DNA of 64,000 nucleotides. It comes from Acidobacteriota bacterium. GTDB lineage: Bacteria > Acidobacteriota > Terriglobia > Acidiferrales > UBA7541. Below, piece after piece: positions 1-9,506 of the stretch. Location: positions 8,172-72,171 of the forward strand of contig JBKOXA010000074.1 in the NCBI GenBank assembly GCA_046724685.1, in the 5' to 3' direction. Numbering within the stretch: position 1 is the stretch's first letter; every line of letters begins with the position of its first letter. The notes below the pieces were generated by a model, which saw only the letters and a program-made list of their open reading frames with translations, was not told where the DNA came from and did no database searches. Both the position numbers and the translations under genes were made by a program.

Positions 1-783
1 CGCTCCGGACTTCAGCACGTCGTTCGCGAAAATCGGCATGAACACCGAATATTGCAATCCCAACAGACTCAGCATGCTCAGCAACAGTAAGGCTGAGCGT
101 GTCGGTCGGTCGCCCATGGCGTACCGGAAGCCCTGCAAAAGGCTCTGCAGCGGTGATTCCGTGCTGGGCTTACGCTCGACCGTCTGAATCCTCATCGCCA
201 GCAACGCCAGAATGACCGCGAAAAAACTCAATCCGTTCAAAAAGAAGCACCAGCCTTCGCCAATCCATGCAATCGCGAATCCCGCAATTGCTGGCCCCAC
301 CACACGCGCCCCATTGAAAATCGAAGAGTTCAGCGCAATCGCGTTCGGCAAATCTTCCTTTCCCACCATCTCCACAAAAAATGCCTGCCGAATTGGAACG
401 TCAAACGCGTTCACGATTCCCACCAAAAGAGTGATGGTGATCAGAGACCATTCACCGATGTGGTGCGTCAGCGTCAGCCCGGCCAGAATGAACGCCAGCA
501 CCATGGAGATGCTCTGCGTGACGATAACCCCGCGATGCCGGCTATAGCGGTCTCCGACATACCCGCCGACCGACGCCAGGACCAGCATCGGAATCTGGTT
601 GGCAAATCCAAAAATACCCAATAGTGCCGCTGAATGCGTTAGGTCATAGACCAGCCACAACTGCGCGGTCGTCTGCATCCACGTTCCGATCAACGAAACG
701 AGCTGCCCCACCATGAATAATTGGAAATTCCGATGTTTGAGTGCGCGAAAGCGCGTGGTCACGACGGAACTCTTCTTCTCCAC
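1..783 (-). CDS. MFS transporter (DUF894/MFS_3-like), 3' end runs off the window
   Basis: Not in the ORF track because it has no stop in the window. Manual translation gives RFRALKHRNFQLFMVGQLVSLIGTWMQTTAQLWLVYDLTHSAALLG...GGYVGDRYSRHR and, at the window edge, VFMPIFANDVL. These are typical MFS_3 N-terminal and loop motifs. The start is GTG at 783 or 762. Confidence 0.85.
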   Translation of the reverse strand, partial: MEKKSSVVTTRFRALKHRNFQLFMVGQLVSLIGTWMQTTAQLWLVYDLTHSAALLGIFGFANQIPMLVLASVGGYVGDRYSRHRGVIVTQSISMVLAFILAGLTLTHHIGEWSLITITLLVGIVNAFDVPIRQAFFVEMVGKEDLPNAIALNSSIFNGARVVGPAIAGFAIAWIGEGWCFFLNGLSFFAVILALLAMRIQTVERKPSTESPLQSLLQGFRYAMGDRPTRSALLLLSMLSLLGLQYSVFMPIFANDVLKSGA

Positions 784-939
784 CTACAAGGTTTCAGGGT
801 TGGTACGTAGAAACCATGGCAGGAATTCGCTGCTGCCAATCTCGGCAAGTCGCGATGCATGGACACAGCTACATTGTCCACGCTTCGCTGCGCTGCGAAA
901 ACATCCAAATTGTCATTGAGCGATTTTCGTGTTTCGAAA

Positions 940-1932
940 TTACTGGTCATTGCCAGGTGGATCAGGTGCTCCGCCCACATGAAGGTGGCTCAAATCGTGC
1001 AGCGTGGCCTTGTCCTCTTCGCTCATGCCACGCGTAAAGTTCGGGTCACTCAGCCTCTGCTTGCGCGCGTACTCCGGCATATTCTGCAGCACGCCGAGCT
1101 TCTGCTGAATCACCTGCTGGCGCTCCCAGGGAATCTGTTTCCATCTCGGGAGCACCTGGCTCTTTACGTAATCGCGTTGTTCTGGCGTCATCCGCCGCCA
1201 TGTATCTTCTTTCGCCCGCAAATCCGCGCGCTGTTGCCCATTCATTCGGTCCCACTGGTTGAATTGCTGGCGGATGCGATTCTGCTGCTCCGGTGCCAGA
1301 TTTTGAAACGACCTGCTGCTGTCCAATACGCGTTCCCGCTGTTGCGGCGTCAAATCACGCATGCGATCCACGAACGGACGTGGCGCGCCGACGCCAACCT
1401 GCTGCCTGGGCCGCATGGTTGCCCTAGGCGGGCGGTCGTCGTTCGCGCCGTTGTCGGTCGCACGGTTGCCATATGGAGAGCCGCCGCTCGGCCGGTTGTT
1501 GAAATTATTCCGGTTGTCGACAACACCTCGGTTGTAATCGTTCGAACGACCGGTCCCAGCCGCTGAAGGCGGGCGATTGTCATTTCTGTTGGACAGGCTG
1601 TCGGCCCGATTTCCGCCTGGCCGATTCGCCGGCCGGCTGGATTGCGGCTCCGTTTGCCGCGAAGGTGGACGATTCGCGCCCTGGCGATCCGCGTTCTGAC
1701 TACCTGCGCCCGGCTGCTGCCTCGTCGCCCCTTGCGTTGACGACCGAGGAGCTGGCGGCCGCTGAGTTGCCGGTCGCGGGGGCGTCGGCTTCGGCGGCGC
1801 ATTCTGTTGCTTCTGCGGTGGACGATCCTGGGGCTGCTGCTGCGCCCACACCTCGCCGCCACCAGCAGCGCACATCACCGAAAAGCCAATCAGCGCCAGC
1901 GCCATCCATCCGATTTGGAGTCGCTTCGTCAT
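940..1932 (-). CDS. DUF3106-like exported protein with a long low-complexity linker
   Basis: Signal peptide, then a Q/P/R/N-rich disordered stretch, then repeated [WF]xx[ML][TS]PEQ[RQ]-type helices. It lies downstream of an ECF sigma/anti-sigma pair. Confidence 0.75.
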   Translation of the reverse strand: MTKRLQIGWMALALIGFSVMCAAGGGEVWAQQQPQDRPPQKQQNAPPKPTPPRPATQRPPAPRSSTQGATRQQPGAGSQNADRQGANRPPSRQTEPQSSRPANRPGGNRADSLSNRNDNRPPSAAGTGRSNDYNRGVVDNRNNFNNRPSGGSPYGNRATDNGANDDRPPRATMRPRQQVGVGAPRPFVDRMRDLTPQQRERVLDSSRSFQNLAPEQQNRIRQQFNQWDRMNGQQRADLRAKEDTWRRMTPEQRDYVKSQVLPRWKQIPWERQQVIQQKLGVLQNMPEYARKQRLSDPNFTRGMSEEDKATLHDLSHLHVGGAPDPPGNDQ

Positions 1933-1951
1933 TCTTCTTTACGCTTTCTGG

Positions 1952-2422
1952 TTACATCTGCTGATCGGTATCGTCATCCACCGGTGCCGGCAATTCTTTC
2001 AACGGTTCAAAATTCGCCAGCGTGTCGTGATCTTCCATCACCGAAATGTCCTGGATCACTCCTGCGTTCGCATCCTCAGCGCTAATGGGCAGCGGCGGTT
2101 GCGACCCGTATTCCACCCACACAATCGCCGCCAACAGCATCGAAGCCGCTAATGCGATGCGCGGTGACGGCTTGATCCATGCCCACCAACCCTGTTTCAC
2201 CGGCTCCGCAGCCACTCGCGCACGCACCCGCACATCAAACGCCGGTGACGGCTCGACCATCGGGAGTTCATCTAGCAGTTCGCTCACCGAGCGAAACTCA
2301 TTCGCACGCACGCGGCACGCAGCGCACCCGGCGAGATGCTTTTCCATCTCCGCCCGCTCGCTATCCTTCAGCCGCCCATCCACGTACGCCAGAATACGGC
2401 TCTCCATCTTTGTGCAGCTCAT
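1952..2422 (-). CDS. Zinc-binding anti-sigma factor (ZAS, zf-HC2) with one TM helix
   Basis: HLAGCAAC (HxxxCxxC) motif and one TM segment. The likely start is MSCTKME at 2422, preceded by GGAGAAGGA. Confidence 0.85.
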   Translation of the reverse strand: MSCTKMESRILAYVDGRLKDSERAEMEKHLAGCAACRVRANEFRSVSELLDELPMVEPSPAFDVRVRARVAAEPVKQGWWAWIKPSPRIALAASMLLAAIVWVEYGSQPPLPISAEDANAGVIQDISVMEDHDTLANFEPLKELPAPVDDDTDQQM

Positions 2423-2466
2423 CTTGCCCGTCCTTCTCCCAAACCGTTCCAAATCTCCTGCCACCG

Positions 2467-3081
2467 TTACTTCCCAGCTTCCCGGCTCTGCCTTACCAAT
2501 GGCGCCAATTCCACTCGCAACATTTCGTACGCCCGAAACAGCAGCGATTTCAGCGCACTTTCCGAACAGCTCAGAATCTTCGCAATCTCCGAGTAATCCA
2601 GCTCCTGATACTTGTGCAGCAGCACCGCCGCCCGCTGCTTTTCCGGCAATTTTTCGATCGCGTGCCGGATCATCATTTTCCGCGATTCCTCCACCAACTC
2701 CTGCTCGATGGTCGGATGCTTGTCCGCCACTTCAAACGGCCTTTCGTCTCCGTCCTCGGCGTCCGCTGTCACTGGAGCGTCGATCGACATCTCCAGCTTC
2801 TGGTATCGGTGGTCGCGCAACGAGTTCAGCGCAAGGTTGGTTGCAATTCGGAAAAGCCAGGTAGTGAACTTTGCGCTCGGCACGTACTCTTCCCGCGCGC
2901 GATACACTCGAAGGAAAACTTCCTGGGCCAGGTCTTCCGCCTGTTCCCGATTCCGAACCATCCGGTACAGGAAATTGACCAGCGGCGTCCGATAGCGCCG
3001 CAGGAGAAGTTCAAACGACTGTTCGTCGCCCGCCTTCACGTCCAGCATTAGTTGGACGTCGGTCCTGGTCATTGCGACCAC
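2467..3081 (-). CDS. ECF RNA polymerase sigma factor
   Basis: Region 2 (AEDLAQEVFLRVY, FTTWLFRIATN) and region 4 (LPEKQRAAVLLHKYQELDYSEIAKIL). Confidence 0.92.
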   Translation of the reverse strand: MVAMTRTDVQLMLDVKAGDEQSFELLLRRYRTPLVNFLYRMVRNREQAEDLAQEVFLRVYRAREEYVPSAKFTTWLFRIATNLALNSLRDHRYQKLEMSIDAPVTADAEDGDERPFEVADKHPTIEQELVEESRKMMIRHAIEKLPEKQRAAVLLHKYQELDYSEIAKILSCSESALKSLLFRAYEMLRVELAPLVRQSREAGK

Positions 3082-3244
3082 ACCGTATCTAACACACGTA
3101 ATCTCATAAAGTTGCAGGTTGAATTTATCCGGCGTTTAAGCGCCAAGGCACGCATTCTGTGGACCTTAATCACCGCTCCTCGGTTACTCTACACCCTTGG
3201 CTGCGAACATCCACCGGGAATCAACAGCGCCGCCGCCGGACCGC

Positions 3245-3988
3245 CTATATGCCCACTAACTTATGCAATATCAATAGCATAGCGACCCCAGCGAAGACCA
3301 AAACCGCCATCCGCCAGTTCGGCTCGCGATTCACCTCCGGCAACAGGTCGGTCCCCGCCACATACAGTGTCACGCCGCCCGCCAGCGGCAGCGCGTACTG
3401 CAGTTGTCCTTGAAATACGCTCGTAAGCGCCACGCCCAGGAGCGTAGCCCCACCCAGGGTCCCCGCCGCGCGAATCGCGCTCTTCCGGCTTTCCCCGCTT
3501 GCCAGCACCATGGACGCGACCGTAAAGCCCTCCGGCAATTTGTGCAAAAAAACCGCGATAAAGACCACCACCCCAAGCCAGGTCGAAACCAGAAACCCCG
3601 CAGCAATTGCCACACCGTCAAAAAATGCGTGTATGGCCAACCCCAGCAGCACCGCTCGGCGAACGTTATGCTTTGAAACCTTCTCCTCATGGGTTTCTTC
3701 GCCAAAATGAAAGTGAGGGGCAACGATGTGTTCGAAAAGATGAATCAGGAAAAATCCGGCTAGCACATACAAGAACGCATCCTGCCCTGCCAGCCTCACC
3801 GATTCCGGGATCATTTCGATCAATGCCACAGCCAGCATGTAGCCCGCGCCCAGCGCCAGAAAATATTGCAGAAACCGCCGCGGCCAGTCCTTGCGAACCA
3901 CAAAGTAACCGCCCAGCAGGTTTCCGCCCGCGGCCACCAGCCCCAGGACCGCCGCCAACGCTATCCTTACTGCCTCCTGGTTTTCCAT
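3245..3988 (-). CDS. ZIP family divalent metal transporter
   Basis: His-rich loop HFHFGEETH, HAFFDG and HKLPEG signature motifs, multiple TM helices. Confidence 0.9.
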   Translation of the reverse strand: MENQEAVRIALAAVLGLVAAGGNLLGGYFVVRKDWPRRFLQYFLALGAGYMLAVALIEMIPESVRLAGQDAFLYVLAGFFLIHLFEHIVAPHFHFGEETHEEKVSKHNVRRAVLLGLAIHAFFDGVAIAAGFLVSTWLGVVVFIAVFLHKLPEGFTVASMVLASGESRKSAIRAAGTLGGATLLGVALTSVFQGQLQYALPLAGGVTLYVAGTDLLPEVNREPNWRMAVLVFAGVAMLLILHKLVGI

Positions 3989-4160
3989 CTAGCCTGTTGC
4001 GGCGCTCCCCGTCTCTACTCCACTGCTAATGCCGAAGCCTAGGGGCCGGACCCTGGCCCCTCTTTGGACTCGTGGGGCGGGTCTTTCCTTTTCCTCTCTG
4101 CGTCCTCGGCGTCTCCGCGTTATCTGGGTCCTTACTTCATTAACCTAACCGTTTCTTCTC

Positions 4161-5231
4161 TCAACCCGAGTGCCTGAACAAAATCACATCGCCTTCCTCT
4201 ACGACGTACTCTTTCCCTTCCAGCCGCACCTGCGCCTTTTCCCGCGCAGCTCCCAAACTTCCGGCTGCCAGCAGGTCATGCCACCGCACCACTTCCGCGC
4301 GAATAAATCCCTTTTCGATGTCGCTATGAATTGCGCCCGCCGCCTTCACCGCGCTCGTTCCCTTGTGAATTGTCCACGCGCGCACTTCCGGCTCGCCCGC
4401 GGTAAAAAACGACGTCAGCCCCATCAAATCGTACGTAGCGCGAATCAACCGGTTCAGCCCCGGCTCTTTTAATCCATACGATGCCAGCAACTCCACCGCT
4501 TCCTTCTCTTCCATTTCAGCCAGTTCGGCTTCCAACCGTCCGCACACCGCCACCACCGCAGTATTCGGACGTCCTTGCAGCGCGCCCAATTTGTGCCGCT
4601 CTACCGCGGTATCCAACTCCCCAGCCTCCTCATCGCCCAAATTCAGCACATACAGCATCGGCCGCTGCGACAAGAACAAAAATCCGCCGATCGGTTTCCG
4701 CTCTTCCGGGGTCAGCGCCAACTCCCGCAGCGGCTTTTCGGCCTCCAGATGCGCCTTACATTTCTCGAGAACTGTTTTCTCAAGCTCAAATTGCTTGTCG
4801 GCCTTCTTCTTCAAATCCTTTTCCAGCCGCTCCAGGCGCTTATCAATCTGCTCGTGGTCAGAAAGAATCAGCTCCAGCTCCAAATTCGTTGCATCGCGCA
4901 GAGGATCAACGGTTCCCTCCGCATGGGCCACACTCGGATCCTCGAACACGCGGATCACGTGCGCAATCGCGTCCACCTCGCGCAGCGAAGCCAGCGAATC
5001 CCGCATCCGCTCCTTCTGCATTCCGCCAAGATCGACGTACTGCACGGTTGCGTAGGTAATTTTCTTGGGGTTATAAAGCTTGGCCAGCTCTGCCAGCCGC
5101 GGCTCCGGCACTTTCGCCACGCCCACTCGTGTCTCCTGCCCACCCTTCGGCAAATCCAAATGGGCCTTGGTCAAGATCCGGAACAGCGTCGTCTTACCGA
5201 CCTGCGGTAGTCCAATAATTCCTGTTTGCAT
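4161..5231 (-). CDS. ychF: Redox-regulated ATPase YchF (Obg family)
   Basis: GIIGLPQVGKTTLF P-loop; C-terminal TGS domain FFTAGEPEVRAWT...IHSDIEKGFIRAEV...EGKEYVVEEGDV. Confidence 0.95.
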   Translation of the reverse strand: MQTGIIGLPQVGKTTLFRILTKAHLDLPKGGQETRVGVAKVPEPRLAELAKLYNPKKITYATVQYVDLGGMQKERMRDSLASLREVDAIAHVIRVFEDPSVAHAEGTVDPLRDATNLELELILSDHEQIDKRLERLEKDLKKKADKQFELEKTVLEKCKAHLEAEKPLRELALTPEERKPIGGFLFLSQRPMLYVLNLGDEEAGELDTAVERHKLGALQGRPNTAVVAVCGRLEAELAEMEEKEAVELLASYGLKEPGLNRLIRATYDLMGLTSFFTAGEPEVRAWTIHKGTSAVKAAGAIHSDIEKGFIRAEVVRWHDLLAAGSLGAAREKAQVRLEGKEYVVEEGDVILFRHSG

Positions 5232-5611
5232 AAACCCGGAAGTTTAGCACACCCGCCCCGACACTCATTGGAGCGCCCGATTCGCATTCACAGAGTATCG
5301 GCAGCATTGATCCTAATTTTATCGCGGCTGCTGCACTTCATCTTAGCTACCCGCCTGGACTTTCTTTTTGCAAAAGCGGAATGCTGTAGCGGTGACTTCA
5401 GGTGACTATCTTGGTTTTGCGACGCGACGAGATGCATAAAGCGACACAGCCGAATTCCTGCTTCGGAATTTTGGCGCAAAACTTCCCGTTCAGATCGATC
5501 AGCAGAAGATTTCGTTGGCATTTTGGAGCCCGCTCCGCGCTTCTGGAGCGTGCCCGCACCTCGGGGTCATCTTTTCGTTTTTCTTAAGATCTGCTCTAAT
5601 CTACCAATTCT

Positions 5612-6361
5612 ATGTCTACGGTCTCAGAACTTCCCTTCGATCTCGCCGCTGCAGTCACCCATCTCTCCGGCTGCGATCCCTCGATCGCCCGCCTGGTGCG
5701 AGAAGCAGTTCCTTTCGACCCCAACATCGACCACACGCAATCCCCATATGAAGCGCTGACCGAAGCGATTGTCTATCAATCCATTTCCGGCAAAGCAGCG
5801 GCCACGATCTTCGGGCGTATCAAAAGTCTCAGCGCTTCCGGAGGCGTGCCCACTCCAGAAGAAATGCTGAAACTCAATCCAAAAACCTTAAGGAAGGCCG
5901 GCCTCTCCGGCGCAAAAATTCTGGCCATGAGAGACCTCGCGCAAAAAACCATCGACGGCATGGTCCCCACTCACGAAGAAGCTCTCAAACTATCCGACGA
6001 AGAACTCGTCAAACGTCTCATCTCCGTTCGCGGCATCGGGGTCTGGACGGTAGAAATGTTTTTGATCTTCCGGCTGGGTCGCCCGGACGTTCTCCCCATC
6101 CACGACCTCGGCGTAAAAAAAGGCTGGTCCGTCGCCTACGGCAAGAAACACATGCCCCGCCCGAAAGAACTCCTGGCCTTTGGCGAACGCTGGCGCCCAT
6201 ACCGCACCGTTGCATCCTGGTACCTGTGGCGCGCCTTCGAACGCGCCGGCTACGCCGCCACCAACAAAATTCGCCCGCCTAAACTGAAGCGCAAGCGGAC
6301 CAAAGCCAAACGCGTCAGCGTCAATTCCAGGTCCAAGCGCAGGCATTCCCCCCGCCGCTAA
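5612..6361 (+). CDS. DNA-3-methyladenine glycosylase II (AlkA/HhH-GPD family)
   Basis: AIVYQSISGKAA, HhH motif VRGIGVWTVEMFLIF, LPIHDLG, WRPYRTVASWYLWR. Confidence 0.9.
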   Translation: MSTVSELPFDLAAAVTHLSGCDPSIARLVREAVPFDPNIDHTQSPYEALTEAIVYQSISGKAAATIFGRIKSLSASGGVPTPEEMLKLNPKTLRKAGLSGAKILAMRDLAQKTIDGMVPTHEEALKLSDEELVKRLISVRGIGVWTVEMFLIFRLGRPDVLPIHDLGVKKGWSVAYGKKHMPRPKELLAFGERWRPYRTVASWYLWRAFERAGYAATNKIRPPKLKRKRTKAKRVSVNSRSKRRHSPRR

Positions 6362-6403
6362 CCGTCGCTCGGTCAAGGAGTGTCCGTCGAGGACCCGACG
6401 CTG

Positions 6404-6886
6404 TCATCGCGCGGCGGTCGCTGCTTCCTTCACCATGCAAAAGAGCGCCGCCATCCCCGCCAACAGTACACCGCTCTCGAGCCCCACCGACACGCGGTGC
6501 AGCCGCCTGAATTCCGCCCGCAGCGTTGAGTCCGCGGTTGTCGCCTCGAACGAGCCCATCTGCATACGCAACGCGGCCACCTTCGGACTCACCGCCGCCT
6601 GCGAAATCACGGTCAATAAAATCATCAGCACCACGCACGACGCAGCAGGGGCAACCAGACTCGCCACGCTCCGCGTCCGCAACAACCGCGTCAGCAGAAT
6701 CACCGCGCCACAGGCAATCCCGATATAATGCATCCGCGTCAGCGAAAAGCCCACAATCGCCCCGGCCTGATTACTGCTCGCCAGTACCGAAAACGCGCCC
6801 GGCGCAACCACAAAACTCAAAAAAATATCGCTACCCAGCCAGATACTCAAACCTAGAAACTCAAGTGCACGAAGAACTGTTGACAT
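6404..6886 (-). CDS. DUF4149/TMEM205-like membrane protein
   Basis: IWLGS...FVVAPGAFSVL...AGAIVG and EFRRLHRVSV motifs with about 4 TM helices. Confidence 0.75.
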   Translation of the reverse strand: MSTVLRALEFLGLSIWLGSDIFLSFVVAPGAFSVLASSNQAGAIVGFSLTRMHYIGIACGAVILLTRLLRTRSVASLVAPAASCVVLMILLTVISQAAVSPKVAALRMQMGSFEATTADSTLRAEFRRLHRVSVGLESGVLLAGMAALFCMVKEAATAAR

Positions 6887-6923
6887 GGTGTTGTTTCGCT
6901 AGAATAACAGAGGCAAGGGAAAG

Positions 6924-6999
6924 TGGTGGGCGATAAAGGATTTGAACCTTTGACCTCTCGCGTGTGAGGCGAGCGCTCTAACCGCTGAGCTAATCGCCC
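6924..6999 (-). tRNA. tRNA-Val (anticodon CAC)
   Basis: The reverse complement GGGCGATTAGCTCAGCGGTTAGAGCGCTCGCCTCACACGCGAGAGGTCAAAGGTTCAAATCCTTTATCGCCCACCA folds as a cloverleaf. Anticodon stem CTCGC/GCGAG, loop CT-CAC-AC, encoded CCA. Confidence 0.96.
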
Positions 7000-7101
7000 G
7001 TCTCGAACGGGTGGTCTGCTCCACGATTCGTTTTTCGCGCATCAAATCGAATCGCACTGCAGCTCTTCTTTTGTAACAGGATTATCCGGGGTTTTCAACC
7101 A

Positions 7102-8049
7102 ATGCCGGCCGCCACCTCTCAGGTCGTTTCGCAACTCCAGCGCTCCATCGCGCGCGCCATTTACGGCAAAGAAGAAGCCATCCAGCTCGCGCTGATCACA
7201 TTATTCGCGCGCGGCCATCTGCTCATTGAAGACGTTCCCGGAGTGGGCAAGACCACCCTCGCCCAAGCTCTCGCAAAATCTTTTCACTGCACTTTTCAGC
7301 GCGTGCAATTCACGTCCGATCTCCTGCCCAGCGATGTGCTGGGCGTCAGCGTCTACCAACCCGACGCGCGCGAATTTGAATTTCGCCCGGGCCCACTATT
7401 CGCCAACGTCGTCCTCGCAGACGAAATCAATCGCACCACGCCACGCACGCAATCCGCTCTGCTCGAAGCCATGAACGAAACGCAAGTCACTGTGGATGGG
7501 AAAACACATCCCTTGCCTCAACCCTTCCTCGTAATCGCCACCCAGAATCCCGTCGAGCATCACGGCACGTACCCGCTTCCCGAATCACAGCTGGATCGCT
7601 TTCTGATGCGCATCAAGATGGGTTATCCGTCCCATGAAACCGAGCGCGAAATCCTGCGCCGCCGCGCGTTCGATAATCCGATCGAAAAGCTCGAGCCCGT
7701 AGCCGGCGTCAGCGAAGTACTGGCGATGCAGGAGTCCGTCACGCACGTGAAAGTGGACGCAAGCCTGCACGACTACGCTCTTGAAATCGTGAATCGCACA
7801 CGAAATTCGGATCAGCTCGCGCTAGGCGTCAGCCCGCGCGGGACCTTGATGTTGCAGCGAGCTGCGCAGGCCCGCGCTTTTCTCGAAGGCCGCGACTATT
7901 GCGTGCCCGACGACTTCAAGCAGCTAGCGGTTGCCGTCTTCGCGCATCGCGTCGTGGCCAGTGCCCGTCACGCCTCGCTGCAGAAAAAATCGGAAACGAC
8001 AGAAGCAGCCCTGCGCGAAATCGTGGATTCCGTCCGTGTTCCCGTGTAG
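7102..8049 (+). CDS. MoxR family AAA+ ATPase
   Basis: EDVPGVGKT Walker A, RVQFTSDLLPSD, LADEINR Walker B, IATQNP, LPESQLDRF. Confidence 0.95.
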   Translation: MPAATSQVVSQLQRSIARAIYGKEEAIQLALITLFARGHLLIEDVPGVGKTTLAQALAKSFHCTFQRVQFTSDLLPSDVLGVSVYQPDAREFEFRPGPLFANVVLADEINRTTPRTQSALLEAMNETQVTVDGKTHPLPQPFLVIATQNPVEHHGTYPLPESQLDRFLMRIKMGYPSHETEREILRRRAFDNPIEKLEPVAGVSEVLAMQESVTHVKVDASLHDYALEIVNRTRNSDQLALGVSPRGTLMLQRAAQARAFLEGRDYCVPDDFKQLAVAVFAHRVVASARHASLQKKSETTEAALREIVDSVRVPV

Positions 8050-8055
8050 CTTCAG

Positions 8056-9450
8056 GTGGCCATCTTTGGCCTGTCGATGAATACCGCGTCCAAATTTCTC
8101 TCCACCAAGGGCAACTCCACACTCGCGCAGCTCTGGGCCAGGGCCGACCGGCCGGCGGTCCGAGCTTTCTTTCTTTCCATCACGGCACTCGGGGTCGCCC
8201 TCCTGCTCGCCGTCTATTCGGGCGCGGCCGCGGAACTCGGCAACCTCGGGGTTGCGGCAAGTTCTGCGCTTTTTGCGCTCGCGATCGCCGCGTGGGTCGC
8301 GGTCACGCTTGTGCCCACTCTCGCCAAACGCACGCCGCTGCGCTGGCTGGGCCATAAGGTTGAATACCGCATCAGCAGGGCCGGGTGGATGTATTTCGGG
8401 GCAACTTTGCTCGTGGCACTCGCCGCGCTGAACACCGGGAACAACTTGCTGTTTTTGATTCTTGCGTGCCTGGTGTCCGTGATTCTGATGTCGGGAATCC
8501 TCTCGTCGATCTCGCTGGCAGGCGTCGATCTGCGCATCGAACTTCCCGAACACATCTTCGCCGGACAGACGGTGCGAGCCACGGTCGAATTGATTAACGG
8601 CAAGCTGACACTTCCTTCGTTCGCGCTGCGCGTCGAACCCGTCGTGCCCAAAAATGCGCCCGCGGCCGCCGTGCTGGAAACGCCGGTATTCTTCCCGCAT
8701 CTTCCGCGGCAGCAATGCATGAGGCAAAGCGTGCCGGTCACATTCCTGAAGCGAGGATTGCATGTTCAGGACACTTTCCGGATCGTCACGCGATTTCCCT
8801 TCGGCTTCCTGCAGAAATCGCGCAGCATCACCCTGAAATCGGCGGCTCTCGTTTATCCGAGCGTCGAATCCAATTCCGAACTCAGCGAAATTTTTCCCGG
8901 CATCGAAGGCAGCATCGAGAGCCATAGCAAAGGCCGTGGACAGGATCTGTATTCGTTGCGCGAGTACGTTCCGACGGACAGCGCGAGTCATGTCCACTGG
9001 AAAGCATCCGCCCGCGCGGGCTCGCTGATGGTGCGCGAATTTTCGCGCGAGGACGACTGCCGCGTGCTGCTTGTGCTCGATCCTCATCCTGGCGATTCGT
9101 CCTCAAAGAACGGCGCGACCCTGAACGACCGCTTTGAGCGTGCCGTTACGCTGTGCGCAGGCATCGCCTGGCATTTCTACGAACGCAATGCCTACCTGCA
9201 GTTTCGCAGCGCAGGAATCGAAACCATTCTTGCTCCAGCCGAGGACACCATATTCGCGATTCTGCGGCACCTGGCTTTGGCAGGGGCGCAGCCCGTCGCG
9301 GCACACGACGCGCTTCTGCAGGACTTGGCTGCTTCCCCGGAACTGTTCAAAATCATCGTGACCAGCCGTCCCCGCGGTACAATTCCCGCCGAACTGTGGC
9401 ACTCTTCCTACGTCATCTTCCTGGAATCGCTGGAAGACGTGCGGCAGTAG
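8056..9450 (+). CDS. DUF58 domain membrane protein
   Basis: N-terminal TM helices, ALNTGNNLLFL, LREYVPTDSASHVHWKASAR and VREFSREDD motifs. It follows moxR; the start may be ATG at 8077. Confidence 0.88.
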   Translation: MAIFGLSMNTASKFLSTKGNSTLAQLWARADRPAVRAFFLSITALGVALLLAVYSGAAAELGNLGVAASSALFALAIAAWVAVTLVPTLAKRTPLRWLGHKVEYRISRAGWMYFGATLLVALAALNTGNNLLFLILACLVSVILMSGILSSISLAGVDLRIELPEHIFAGQTVRATVELINGKLTLPSFALRVEPVVPKNAPAAAVLETPVFFPHLPRQQCMRQSVPVTFLKRGLHVQDTFRIVTRFPFGFLQKSRSITLKSAALVYPSVESNSELSEIFPGIEGSIESHSKGRGQDLYSLREYVPTDSASHVHWKASARAGSLMVREFSREDDCRVLLVLDPHPGDSSSKNGATLNDRFERAVTLCAGIAWHFYERNAYLQFRSAGIETILAPAEDTIFAILRHLALAGAQPVAAHDALLQDLAASPELFKIIVTSRPRGTIPAELWHSSYVIFLESLEDVRQ

Positions 9451-9506
9451 AAATAGTTCGCATTGCTTGCAACGTTGGTCTTGGGCGAAGCGATGAAAAT
9501 GCTGAC

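Noticed and set aside
859-1862. Long ORFs 859..1566(+) and 1350..1862(-)
   Set aside because: They are shadow frames of the DUF3106-like gene in GC-rich DNA, with no motifs.
5232-5611. 380-nt spacer with small ORFs (for example 5288..5521) and short hairpins
   Set aside because: No recognisable protein or RNA family; it is consistent with a divergent promoter region.
6924-7101. tRNA-Val as a possible integration site
   Set aside because: No integrase, no duplicated tRNA 3' end elsewhere in the window, and the flanks are housekeeping genes.
7924-9087. 387-aa antisense ORF and similar long antisense ORFs (29186..30451, 39122..40411, 49686..51011)
   Set aside because: They lie opposite well-supported genes and are typical antisense open frames arising from codon bias in high-GC genes.
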